Assembly (NCBI GenBank): GCA_016874975.1
Contig: VGSQ01000004.1
Location: forward strand, 1-61,641
DNA: 61,641 nt
Reading direction: 5' to 3'
Source: Deltaproteobacteria bacterium
GTDB taxonomy: Bacteria > Desulfobacterota > Desulfobaccia > Desulfobaccales > 0-14-0-80-60-11
This document shows positions 28,681 through 37,506 of the stretch, piece by piece. A program made the translations under genes and the position numbers. The notes below the pieces were generated by a model, which searched no databases, was not told the origin of the DNA, and was given only the letters and a program-made list of their open reading frames with translations. Each line of letters starts with the position of its first letter. The stretch's first letter is position 1.

Positions 28681-29079
28681 TCAAGAGGGAGGCGGCGGCG
28701 CTGCCCCGAGAAACTGCTCCAGGGGCGGCCGGTGCGCCTCTGACCAGAGACCCTCCAGATTGTAAAACTCCCGCAGGGCGGGACTCAGAAGGTGGATGAC
28801 CACGTCGTTGAAGTCCAGGAGCACCCAGCTTCCTTCCTCCAGCCCCTCGGTCCCCAAGGGCCTGCCGCCCACCTCCTTCAGGGCCTGGAGGAGGTAGTCC
28901 GCCAGGGCCAGGACCTGCCGCCTGGAAGCCCCGCTGACGATCAGGAAATAATCCGCAAAGCCGCAGAGTCCCCGGACATCCAGGACCACCGGATCCAGCC
29001 CCTTTTTGTCCGCCAGGGTCCTGACGGCCGCCGCCACCAGTTCCTCCGCTCCCGGGCCTTGCTGCGGGACCTTGCGCAC
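28681..29079 (-). CDS. rsfS: Ribosome silencing factor
   Basis: DKKG.D..VLDV, DYFLIVSG, WVLLDF.DVVIHL, R.FYNLE.LW; follows nadD. Confidence 0.95.
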   Translation of the reverse strand: MRKVPQQGPGAEELVAAAVRTLADKKGLDPVVLDVRGLCGFADYFLIVSGASRRQVLALADYLLQALKEVGGRPLGTEGLEEGSWVLLDFNDVVIHLLSPALREFYNLEGLWSEAHRPPLEQFLGAAPPPPS

Positions 29080-29148
29080 GGGCAGTTTGCGCCTGACCGC
29101 TCTCAGTGGCTCCCCTCCTTGCCGGTGGTCATCCCCGGCCTTGGTTCT

Positions 29149-29823
29149 TTATCGGTATAATCTGTTATCAAGTATATAGCGCCGCACCGTCTCGGGCAAG
29201 AGATAGCGCACCGACCGGCCGGCCCGGGCCAGAGTGCGGATGCGGGTGGCGGAAATGTCCAGCCGGGTGGTGGCCAGGAGCAGCACCCGCGACCCCGAGG
29301 GGTGGGTGAAACCCTCCCCTCCGGCCAGTTCCTGAAATTCAGGGTGCACTTCCCCCCGGAGCACCGTCCACAAATGGCTCCGGTCGTATCCCGGCCGATC
29401 CAGCACCGCGAAATGGCTCAGGGTGAACAGCTCCCGATAGTCCTTCCAGGTGGCGATCTCCAGGATGGCGTCCAGCCCCAGGACGTAATAGAGCTCCCCC
29501 TGGGGCCCCAGCTCCCGCCGCAGGTGTCGCAGGGTCTCCACCGTGTAAGACTTCCCCGGGCGCCCCCCTTCCAGGTCGGAGACCGCCAGCACCGGATGCT
29601 CCCCCACCGCCAGCCGGGTCATGGCCAGGCGCGCCTCAAAGGGCGTCAGCCCCGGCCGGGCCTTGTGGGGCGGCGCCGCCGCGGGCATGAACCAGAGGCG
29701 CGTCAGGCCCAGGGCCTCGGCCACCTCCTCCCCCGCCCGCAGATGCCCGTAGTGGATGGGGTCGAAGGTGCCGCCGAAGATGCCCAGGCGGGAGGGCGCA
29801 TGGGCGTGGGAAGTGACGTCCAC
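29149..29823 (-). CDS. nadD: Nicotinate-nucleotide adenylyltransferase (start approximate)
   Basis: GIFGGTFDPIHYGH, PPHK, SYTVETL, ISAT.IR. Confidence 0.95.
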   Translation of the reverse strand: MDVTSHAHAPSRLGIFGGTFDPIHYGHLRAGEEVAEALGLTRLWFMPAAAPPHKARPGLTPFEARLAMTRLAVGEHPVLAVSDLEGGRPGKSYTVETLRHLRRELGPQGELYYVLGLDAILEIATWKDYRELFTLSHFAVLDRPGYDRSHLWTVLRGEVHPEFQELAGGEGFTHPSGSRVLLLATTRLDISATRIRTLARAGRSVRYLLPETVRRYILDNRLYR

Positions 29824-29854
29824 GTCGCCCCCCCAACCCTTTCCCGCTGCACCT

Positions 29855-31111
29855 TCAGGTCCTGATCTGGCCCGAGCCATAGGCGATGAACTTGGTGGTG
29901 GTCAGCTCCTCCAGGCCCATGGGCCCGAAGGCGTGCAGTTTGCTGGTGGAGATGCCGATCTCCGCCCCCAGCCCCAGCTCCCCCCCGTCGTTGAAGCGGG
30001 TGGAGGCGTTCACCAGCACCAGGGAGGAGTCCACTTCGGTCAGAAACCGCTGAGCCCGGTCGAAGTCCCGGGTGATGATGGCCTCGGTGTGGTTGGAGCC
30101 GTAGCGGGCGATGTGGGCCAACGCCGCGTCCATATCCGGCGCCACCTTGACGGCCAGAATCAAGTCCAGGAACTCGCAGCCCCAGTCCTCTTCGGCCGCA
30201 GGCTTCACCTGCGGGTCGATTTTTAGGGTGGCCGGGCAGCCCCGGAGCTCCACCCCGGCCTCCCGCAAGCGGGCGTGCATGCGGGGCAGAAAGGCCGGCG
30301 CCGCGGCTTCGTGCACCAGCAGGGTCTCCATGGCGTTGCACACCCCGGGCCGCTGCACCTTGGCGTTGAAGCACACCGTTTCCGCCAGGTCCAGGTCCGC
30401 GCCCTCGTCCACGAAGATGTGGCACACCCCTTTGTAGTGCTTCAGCACGGGAATGCGGGAGTGTTCGGCCACGAAGCGGATGAGCCCCTCGCCCCCCCGG
30501 GGGATGATGAGGTCCACCAGTTCGTCCTGCTTCAGGAGCTCCAGGGTGGCCTCCCGGGCCACGCTGGGCACCACCTGGATGGCCCCCGGCGGGATGCCCG
30601 CCTCGGACAGGGCCTCCTGCATCACCGTGGCCAGGGCCACGTTGGAGTGCAGGGCCTCCTTGCCGCCTTTCAGGATCACCGCGTTGCCGCTCTTCAGGCA
30701 CAGGGCCGCGGCGTCCACGGTGACGTTGGGCCGGGATTCGTAGATGATGCCCACCACCCCCAGGGGGATGCGCACCCGCCCCACCAGCAGGCCGTTGGGC
30801 CGGCGCCACATTTTGGTGACCTCCCCCACGGGGTCGGGCAGCGCCGCCACTTCGGCCAGGCCCTTCACCATGGAGTTGATTACCTTGTCGGAGAGCGTCA
30901 GCCGGTCGATGAAGGCCGCGCCCATCCCCGCCTCCCGGGCCGCGGTCACGTCCCGGGCGTTTTCCGCCTGGATTTCGGCCTTAAATTCCAGCAGAAACTC
31001 CGCCATGCTCAGCAGCACCCGGTCCTTGACGCCCCGGGTGAGGCTCCGGAGCGGCCCGGCCGCGTCCCGCGCGGCCCGGGAAATTTCGGCGATCATTTTG
31101 GGGATATCCAT
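29855..31111 (-). CDS. proA: Gamma-glutamyl phosphate reductase
   Basis: [51 protein letters not shown]. Confidence 0.98.
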   Translation of the reverse strand: MDIPKMIAEISRAARDAAGPLRSLTRGVKDRVLLSMAEFLLEFKAEIQAENARDVTAAREAGMGAAFIDRLTLSDKVINSMVKGLAEVAALPDPVGEVTKMWRRPNGLLVGRVRIPLGVVGIIYESRPNVTVDAAALCLKSGNAVILKGGKEALHSNVALATVMQEALSEAGIPPGAIQVVPSVAREATLELLKQDELVDLIIPRGGEGLIRFVAEHSRIPVLKHYKGVCHIFVDEGADLDLAETVCFNAKVQRPGVCNAMETLLVHEAAAPAFLPRMHARLREAGVELRGCPATLKIDPQVKPAAEEDWGCEFLDLILAVKVAPDMDAALAHIARYGSNHTEAIITRDFDRAQRFLTEVDSSLVLVNASTRFNDGGELGLGAEIGISTSKLHAFGPMGLEELTTTKFIAYGSGQIRT

Positions 31112-31141
31112 AAGCTCCCTGCGGTGAGGAAATAGCTGCCG

Positions 31142-31216
31142 CTAATCAACATCTTTCTCTTCGAGCCCCGCCATCTTCAGAAGATGACGCAGCAGCCCGG
31201 TTTTCAAAGGAACATT
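31142..31216 (-). pseudogene. hicA: C-terminal remnant of a HicA-family toxin gene
   Basis: Hand translation NVPLKTGLLRHLLKMAGLEEKDVD*; begins exactly at the MITE end (31217); downstream of hicB. Confidence 0.7.
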
Positions 31217-31612
31217 GATGGAATCGTAAAAAGTAAAAAAGGCCGTACTATCTCCAAAAGGTGGCTCTCGCTGCCATTGATAACTGATTGATTTGCCTCA
31301 TTAACCCCCTCTCCCCCCGGAGGGGGGAGAGGGAGAATGATCGGGGTTTTTTCCCTCTCCCCCGATGGGCATTGGCGCTAACTTAAGAAAAAACCAGTTT
31401 ACATCATAACATACCGATTTTACTTAAAATCCCCCTAAATCCCCCTTTCCCAAAGGGGGACTTCGGGTCACCGACTGCTCATTCCCCCCTTTGGCAAAGG
31501 GGGGTAAGGTGTGATTTATCTTGACTGTTCAACAGGTTACCCTTGTCATACCCGCTGCTTGCTTAAGTTAGCGCCAATGCCCCCGATGGGGGAGAGGGTC
31601 AGGGTGAGGGGG
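31217..31612. mobile_element. One-ended copy of the GATGG-TIR MITE plus palindromes, hosting the nested 210-bp element
   Basis: 31217-31303 is the reverse complement of 10765-10851 with 7 mismatches; the opposite TIR is absent. Confidence 0.8.
31370..31579 (+). mobile_element. 210-bp MITE, copy 1 (18-bp perfect TIR, 11-bp TSD)
   Basis: CATTGGCGCTAACTTAAG...CTTAAGTTAGCGCCAATG flanked on both sides by CCCCCGATGGG. Confidence 0.92.
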
Positions 31613-31649
31613 AATTAATTTTCATCTGCGGTTATTTCAATGCATGAAT

Positions 31650-31826
31650 TCAAAAGCTTATGAGATAATGTGCCAAATCCACAGAAAGACACCCCTCAAC
31701 GGCCTCGTATAGATTTTTGAGCAATTCCTCGAGGGTTTCCCCCTGGGTGGCGCAGCCCGGAATAGCCGGCACCCCGGCCCAGTAGCCCCCTTCCTCGGCC
31801 TCATGGATGACGACTTTGATCTTCAT
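31650..31826 (-). CDS. hicB: HicB-family antitoxin (58 aa; native C-terminus probably lost)
   Basis: Hand translation MKIKVVIHEAEEGGYWAGVPAIPGCATQGETLEELLKNLYEAVEGCLSVDLAHYLISF*; GAGGA RBS. Not in the ORF track. Confidence 0.85.
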   Translation of the reverse strand: MKIKVVIHEAEEGGYWAGVPAIPGCATQGETLEELLKNLYEAVEGCLSVDLAHYLISF

Positions 31827-31953
31827 ATCATCCTCACTTAAGACTTCGCAGCAGATAACCGGAAACGGTTTATGGTCCCTGCCTACACAGGCTTACGGCG
31901 TTTTCTTACCCGGGAAAGGGAATGACCGACGCTCCTTCGCCGCCTCCATCTTC

Positions 31954-32229
31954 CTAGTCGTCGGCAGGAACGTCCTTCTCATCCAAGGGGGTTGCCTGCA
32001 GGGCCGCCAGCGCCTCCCGGGCCCGCTTCTCGTCCTCCTTGGCCACCAGCAGGCGCACGCCCTGGAGCCACTGGAGCACCGGGTAGGCCCCGCCGGCGTC
32101 GTCCAGGGAGACGAAGGCCTCGATGCCCTCGCCCTCCAGGAACCCCGCGGCCATCTCCGCCGCCACCCGGTTGGGGAAGGTGGCGACGACTTCCAGTTCC
32201 TGTTCTTCATCATGGTCTGCTGCGGACAT
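31954..32229 (-). CDS. DUF2007-like (putative signal-transducing) protein
   Basis: VVATF.N...AEMA.G.LE.EGI, GVRLLV..ED...A.E.L pattern. Confidence 0.8.
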   Translation of the reverse strand: MSAADHDEEQELEVVATFPNRVAAEMAAGFLEGEGIEAFVSLDDAGGAYPVLQWLQGVRLLVAKEDEKRAREALAALQATPLDEKDVPADD

Positions 32230-32304
32230 GGCGCTCCCCTTGCTGGTTTAAAACCAGGAGGCTGGTCGTGTATCAACGGGCGGGTCCTGCCCTACCTTTA
32301 ACGC

Positions 32305-32676
32305 TCACATAAAACCCGGCCCGCCCCAAACCCACACCATTTCCCGGGCCAGGGTCCCGAAGGCAGAACGGGTCTGGACCAGGTGCAGCCATTCTTCCCG
32401 GCTGTACGTCAGCACATCGGCGGGCACGGGGAGGTCCCGGGTGTCCCAGGCCGCGGCCCGCATTTCAAAAGGCTTGGCTGATTGCTCCACCACGATGACC
32501 ACGTCCAGGTCGCTCCCCACCCCCCAGTCGCCCCGGGCGTAGGAGCCGAAATAGCCGACGCCGAGCACCTCCGGGTGCGCCCGGGCCAGGTCCGCGGCCC
32601 ACCGGCGCATGGCGGCCGCCACCGCCTGGGCGTCAGGCCATCTGAAGACGGACGAAGTCAAGGATCTCGTAGGCAT
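32305..32676 (-). CDS. Minimal nucleotidyltransferase (MNT antitoxin)
   Basis: FGSYARGDWGVGSDLDVVIV; third Asp in PADVL; overlaps the HEPN gene. Confidence 0.9.
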   Translation of the reverse strand: MPTRSLTSSVFRWPDAQAVAAAMRRWAADLARAHPEVLGVGYFGSYARGDWGVGSDLDVVIVVEQSAKPFEMRAAAWDTRDLPVPADVLTYSREEWLHLVQTRSAFGTLAREMVWVWGGPGFM

Positions 32677-33022
32677 AGTCCAGAGCCGCCTCGCTGTGCA
32701 GCGGGCCGTAATGTTCGAAGGGCGCGCCCTCCGGGTGGCTGTTGGGATAACGGGCCGGAATATAAAAATTGTCCAGAATCTTTGCCTTTTCGATCAGATC
32801 ACCAGGCGCCGCGGCCGCAGCCGGCAATTCCAGGAGCAGCCGGGCCACCACGCGCCCCCAGGCCTCCTGCCCGTGGTGCAGGTGCAAAGCCTTGACAGCC
32901 TTTTCCGCCCCCTGGTGGGCGGCAAAGCAGGCCCATTCGTGGCGCCCGGCGGCCTGGGAATCCTTCGCCTGCTCCAGGTCCCGCACCGCCTGCTTCAACC
33001 AATCCCGGGCCCGACTGACCAT
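32633..33022 (-). CDS. HEPN-domain protein
   Basis: WLKQA.RDL..A, WACFAAHQ.AEKAVKA, LD.FYIPARYP. Confidence 0.92.
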   Translation of the reverse strand: MVSRARDWLKQAVRDLEQAKDSQAAGRHEWACFAAHQGAEKAVKALHLHHGQEAWGRVVARLLLELPAAAAAPGDLIEKAKILDNFYIPARYPNSHPEGAPFEHYGPLHSEAALDYAYEILDFVRLQMA

Positions 33023-33059
33023 GGGCCGCAGCCCCCTCTGCATGTCTTATGTGTGATTA

Positions 33060-33314
33060 CTATCTGAGCAATCCTTCCAGCGATAAATCTTCATCCAGAT
33101 CTGGCCAGTGGATGCCGATGCCTTTGCCGATGAGACGCCAGTTGCGGCGTTGTTCCGCGCCGGCGTCCCGCAAAGTGGGGAACCATTCCAGGGGCACCCT
33201 TACCTGCCGGCCGTCGGTGAGCTTCAACAGCATCATGTCGTCAGTAAACGAAATATCCATGCAGATTGTGCCGTATGATAACCGTCCATGGGCTTCCATG
33301 GCCGAAAAATCCAT
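33060..33314 (-). CDS. DUF2442-family protein
   Basis: L.DGR...VPLEWFP.L..A...QR.NW..IG.G.GIHWPDLDEDLS.EGLL. Confidence 0.88.
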   Translation of the reverse strand: MDFSAMEAHGRLSYGTICMDISFTDDMMLLKLTDGRQVRVPLEWFPTLRDAGAEQRRNWRLIGKGIGIHWPDLDEDLSLEGLLR

Positions 33315-33413
33315 GTATCGGCGTGCTAAGCCCGCCCTCCCTTTGCGGCTGAACCTCAGCCGACCAATGGGGCGCCGACCCTTACCCCCTTCCCTAAAAA
33401 TCCCTTCCCTCCT

Positions 33414-34553
33414 TTACCCCACCTCCGGGAAGATCACCAGGTTGTCCCGGTGGATGACTTCGTCGTAGTCCTTGTGGCCCAGGGCCTGGGCGATTTCCTG
33501 GGTCTTTTTGCCGCGGATGCGGTTGATGTCCCGGGAGGAATAATTGGTGAGGCCCACTGCGAAGGTCTGTCCTTCGATGTCCATGAGGTTTACGGGCGCG
33601 CCCTTGCGGAAGCCGCCGAAGACCTCCAGAATGCCCGCGGGCAGCAGGCTCCGGCCCAGGCGCACCAGGGCCTCCCGGGCCCCGGAATCCACCAGGATGG
33701 CGCCTTCGGGACTGACGTTGTAGGCCAGCCAGTACTGGCGGCTCTTGAGCTTGTGGCCGTGGGGCAGGAACAGGGTGCCCACCTCTTCGCCGGCAAAGAT
33801 TTTGGCCAGGACGCCGGGGGTGAGGCCGTTGGCGATGAGGCTGGGGACGCCCGCGGCGGCGGCCTTTTTCACGGCCTGGAGTTTGCTCACCATGCCGCCC
33901 CTGCCCAGGGCGCCGGGTTTTTTCCCTGCGGCCTCCATGAACCGGGGGTCGGCCAGGTCCACCTGCCGCAGCAGGGGCGCGGCGGGGTCCTCCCTCGGGT
34001 CCCGGGCGTAGAGGCCTTCGGTGTTGGTGAGGATGATGAGCAGGTCGGCCTCGGCCAGATTGCAGATGAGGGCCGCCAGGTTGTCGTTGTCGCCGAACTT
34101 GAGTTCGTCGGTGGCCACCGTGTCGTTTTCGTTGATGATGGGCACGACCCCCCAATTGAGCAGGGTGAACAGGGTGTTGCGGGCATTGAGGAAGCGGCCC
34201 CGGGCGGCCAGATCGTCGTGGGTCAGGAGAATCTGGGCCACCTTGAGGCCGTGGGCCGCAAAGGCCTCTTCGTAGGTCTGCATCAGGGCGCCCTGGCCCA
34301 CCGCGGCCACGGCCTGCTGCTGGGGGATGCCCGTGGGCTTTTCGCTGAGGCCCAGCTTGCGCAGGCCCGCGGCCACGGCCCCGGAGGAGACCATGACGAT
34401 ATGCCGGTCCGCACTGCGCAGGGCAGCGATCTCCGCCACCAGACGCTGAATGAGGGGCAGATTGAGTCCGTCCGGGGCGGTGAGCACCGCGCTCCCCAAC
34501 TTCAACACCAGCCGCCGGGCTTTTTGCAAATGAACGAGTCTTCCTAAAGACAT
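33414..34553 (-). CDS. proB: Glutamate 5-kinase
   Basis: VLKLGSAVLT, VSSGAVAAG, PIINENDTV, FGDND.LAA, GGMVSK, C-terminal PUA domain. Confidence 0.98.
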   Translation of the reverse strand: MSLGRLVHLQKARRLVLKLGSAVLTAPDGLNLPLIQRLVAEIAALRSADRHIVMVSSGAVAAGLRKLGLSEKPTGIPQQQAVAAVGQGALMQTYEEAFAAHGLKVAQILLTHDDLAARGRFLNARNTLFTLLNWGVVPIINENDTVATDELKFGDNDNLAALICNLAEADLLIILTNTEGLYARDPREDPAAPLLRQVDLADPRFMEAAGKKPGALGRGGMVSKLQAVKKAAAAGVPSLIANGLTPGVLAKIFAGEEVGTLFLPHGHKLKSRQYWLAYNVSPEGAILVDSGAREALVRLGRSLLPAGILEVFGGFRKGAPVNLMDIEGQTFAVGLTNYSSRDINRIRGKKTQEIAQALGHKDYDEVIHRDNLVIFPEVG

Positions 34554-34627
34554 GCCTGCCGCCGCCGGAAATACTTGCCGGGTGATGGGGGTTGGGCTTC
34601 ATGAGCCGCACCCCGGCGCCAGGTACC

Positions 34628-34656
34628 ATTATAGACCCTTTTGGGGCGGCTGGGAA
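34628..34656 (-). promoter_or_regulatory. Possible sigma70 promoter for proB
   Basis: Minus strand TTCCCA-17 bp-TATAAT. Confidence 0.45.
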
Positions 34657-34865
34657 TGACACTTCCTGCGCTGGGTCGAAATTAACGCAAGAGATGCGCT
34701 GCGAAACATCAATGCAAAGGTCTCCGCCTGGTCGCCGGGTATCGGCCGGCGGCGATGCTCAGAAAACCGGGGCTGGTTGAGGAAAAGAGAAAATAGTTCC
34801 CCCTCGGCCGGAAGCAGCGGCTCCGCCGGAGAGAGCGAGGAAGGAATACTGCCGGATGGAGGGTG

Positions 34866-35117
34866 TTACGCCTTGACGAGTCGCAGATGGGAAACCCGGT
34901 CCGGCTCCCTCTGGAATCGTTGCAGCTTTTCCCGCTTGAGAGCGTTCTTGACGCGCACGCCGTTGATGAGGAAGTAGGCGATGACGGCCCGCTCCCAGGC
35001 GCGGTTGGGTTCGCCCTGGGTCATCCGGGCTTTGTAGTGATTGAGGAGGTTTTTGAGTTCGGCATCATCGAGAGCGAGCACCCTATCGGCAATCATTTCA
35101 AGGGCTTCTGGGATCAT
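34866..35117 (-). CDS. Small hypothetical protein
   Basis: 83 aa, MIPEALEMIADRVLALD...WERAVIAYFLINGVRVKN...HLRLVK; AGGGG RBS. Confidence 0.7.
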   Translation of the reverse strand: MIPEALEMIADRVLALDDAELKNLLNHYKARMTQGEPNRAWERAVIAYFLINGVRVKNALKREKLQRFQREPDRVSHLRLVKA

Positions 35118-35342
35118 ACCCCTTGGCCTTTCTGAACGCGCGACGGCGTCTGGTTTGCAAACCGTACCTGCTAATAATGAACCAGTACCAACCCCCCTGT
35201 CAAGCACAAAGTAACGATGAGGGGAATTTTCCCGAAAGGGGCCCCGAAACCCTTGTCCCACCGGGCCTGGCGGTATCTTTCCCCGAGATAATTTCCCGGG
35301 CCCGGGCGCGGGGGCTCCTTGGGCGCAGGCAGGCGCCGGGCC

Positions 35343-36074
35343 TCAGGGGTCCCCGGCCTCCATCTGGGCGATGACCCGGAGCAGGCGCCGGGTCTCGGCC
35401 TCCAGAATGGCCTCGCCCTGGTCGGCGCTCGCCGCCCCCGGGTCGCCCCAGACCCCGCCCGGCCAGTGGCGCCGCTTGTCCCGGACCAGCAGATATTTGG
35501 GGAAGGCGGGCCATTCCGCCGGGGCCGAGCCCTGCACCAGGTGCGGCCGGGCGGCCAGCATGAGGGCCGTCTCCACCTCCCCGGCGTGGGCGTCGCCCCG
35601 GCTCTTGACCAGCTCCGGCCGCTCGGTCAGCACCTCCCGCAGCAAATCCAGGATGTTGACCACGGCCACCTTCACCCGGGGCAGTTCCGCGAGGAGCCGC
35701 TCCCCCGCCTCCGTGAGGGCGGCCATGTGGACGCCCCCGGCGTGGCCGCTCAGGTACACCAGGCACTCCATCCCCTGGCGGTGGAATTCCCGGCCCAGGT
35801 CCAGGGCCAGGGCCCTGACCGTGTCAAAGGAGAGGCTGATGGTGCCGGGGTGCTCCCGGGTGGAGCGGCACAGGCCGTAGTACACCGGCGGCGCCACCAG
35901 CACCCGGCCCTCCCGGCCCACCCGGGCGGCCAGTTCCAGGGCGTGGAAGGCGTCGGTGCCCAGGGGCAGGTGGGGGCCGTGTTCCTCCACCGCGCCGAAG
36001 GGGATGACCACCGTGCGGACGGTCTCCCGCAGGGCTTCCAATTCCGGCATGCGCAGGTCGGTCCACTGAGTCAT
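35343..36074 (-). CDS. Creatininase / creatinine amidohydrolase family protein
   Basis: P.GAVEEHGPHLPLGTD, HPGTISL, SGHAG, D.HAGE.ET. Confidence 0.92.
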   Translation of the reverse strand: MTQWTDLRMPELEALRETVRTVVIPFGAVEEHGPHLPLGTDAFHALELAARVGREGRVLVAPPVYYGLCRSTREHPGTISLSFDTVRALALDLGREFHRQGMECLVYLSGHAGGVHMAALTEAGERLLAELPRVKVAVVNILDLLREVLTERPELVKSRGDAHAGEVETALMLAARPHLVQGSAPAEWPAFPKYLLVRDKRRHWPGGVWGDPGAASADQGEAILEAETRRLLRVIAQMEAGDP

Positions 36075-36140
36075 GCTGCCGTTATATCTTGCCGTTCCCC
36101 ATGAGGAAAGGAGATTTTTCTCACGGAAGGGAAAAAAACC

Positions 36141-36170
36141 TTGACTAACTTTTCTCTGGTGGGGTATATA
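36141..36170 (+). promoter_or_regulatory. Possible sigma70 promoter of the nuo-like operon
   Basis: TTGACT-18 bp-TATATA upstream of the AAGGAG RBS. Confidence 0.5.
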
Positions 36171-36207
36171 AATCGAGGATTGTACCAAAAAGCACAAGGA
36201 GCAGGCT

Positions 36208-36600
36208 TTGGAGATTCCAGAAGCCCTACAGGATTTTTCCTACGTCCTGGTCTTTTTGGTGGTGGCGGGCCTCTTTGCCCTGGTCCCCCTAGTCATTGCC
36301 TACCTCATTGCCCCCCGCAGCTACGGCGCCGCCCGTGATGAGATTTATGAATGCGGCATGCCCATCAAAGGCAGCGCCTGGATTCAGGTGGCGGTGGTCT
36401 ACTACCTCTTCGCCTTGCTGTTTCTGGCCTTCGACGTGGACGTGCTCTTCCTTTTCCCCGTCCTGCTGGCCTACAACAAGGGGTATGCGTGGCGTGACTT
36501 GGTGGAAATCACCATCTTTATCGGCATTCTCTCCCTGGTGATCGTTTATGCCTGGTGCAGGGGGGTTTTCACTTGGAAAAGAAGACCGGAGAACCACTAA
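36208..36600 (+). CDS. nuoA: NADH-quinone oxidoreductase subunit A
   Basis: [18 protein letters not shown]; 3 TM helices; TTG start with AAGGAG. Confidence 0.93.
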   Translation: MEIPEALQDFSYVLVFLVVAGLFALVPLVIAYLIAPRSYGAARDEIYECGMPIKGSAWIQVAVVYYLFALLFLAFDVDVLFLFPVLLAYNKGYAWRDLVEITIFIGILSLVIVYAWCRGVFTWKRRPENH

Positions 36601-37073
36601 TCAGCTTCGGCCTCCTCACGGAGGCCTTGAACCTGGCCCGGGCCAACAGTCTCTGGCCCATGACCTTCGGCCTGGCCTGCTGCGCCATTGAGATGATGGC
36701 CGCGGGCATGGCCCGGTTCGATATGGACCGTTTCGGGGCCGGCGTCTTCCGGCCCTCGCCGCGGCAGTGCGACCTGATGATCGTGGCCGGCACCATCAGC
36801 AAGAAGATGGGCCCTCCGCTGGTGCGCCTCTACGAGCAGATGGCGGCGCCCAAGTGGGTCATCGCCCTGGGCAACTGCGCCATTTCCGGCGGACCGTTCT
36901 ATTATCCCGACCAGTATGCCATCATACCCGGCGCCGACCTCATCATCCCCGTGGACGTCTATGTGCCGGGCTGCCCGCCCCGGCCCGAGGGGCTGCTGGA
37001 GAGCATTTTGGTCCTGGAAGAGAAGATCACCAAACGGGGCCGACTCAGGAAGTTCAGAAATGTTAAAGGATGA
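36573..37073 (+). CDS. nuoB: NADH-quinone oxidoreductase subunit B (start approximate)
   Basis: [31 protein letters not shown]. Confidence 0.96.
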   Translation: MEKKTGEPLISFGLLTEALNLARANSLWPMTFGLACCAIEMMAAGMARFDMDRFGAGVFRPSPRQCDLMIVAGTISKKMGPPLVRLYEQMAAPKWVIALGNCAISGGPFYYPDQYAIIPGADLIIPVDVYVPGCPPRPEGLLESILVLEEKITKRGRLRKFRNVKG

Positions 37074-37506
37074 GATCTCCAAGGCCCTGGCCCCGCTGAA
37101 ACTGGAGCGGGTGGAGCCGGGCGACTACGACAAGACGGGCTATCACCTGGAGGTGGACGCCGCTCCGGAGCAGATGCCCGAGGTGGCCCAGGCCCTGAAG
37201 AGCACCGGGTGCTTCCTGGATTCCCTCACCGCGCTGGACTTCCCGGAAGCCTTCCACGTGGTCTACCATTTCTCCAGCTTCCGGGAGTTGTGCCGCACCG
37301 CGGTGAAGGCCAAGGTTCCCAAGGGCAAGGCGGCCGTCACCATCTGCCGGGTCTACCCGGGGGCCAACTGGTACGAACGCGAGGTGTACGACCTGTTCGG
37401 CCTCAAGTTCACCGGGCACCCGGATCTCAGGCGCATCCTGCTGCCCTTTGACGCGGACTTCCACCCCTTACGCAAAGTTTTCGAAACGGAAAAGGCCGAT
37501 GCTTGA
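37060..37506 (+). CDS. nuoC: NADH-quinone oxidoreductase subunit C
   Basis: [23 protein letters not shown]...HPLRK. Confidence 0.93.
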   Translation: MLKDEISKALAPLKLERVEPGDYDKTGYHLEVDAAPEQMPEVAQALKSTGCFLDSLTALDFPEAFHVVYHFSSFRELCRTAVKAKVPKGKAAVTICRVYPGANWYEREVYDLFGLKFTGHPDLRRILLPFDADFHPLRKVFETEKADA

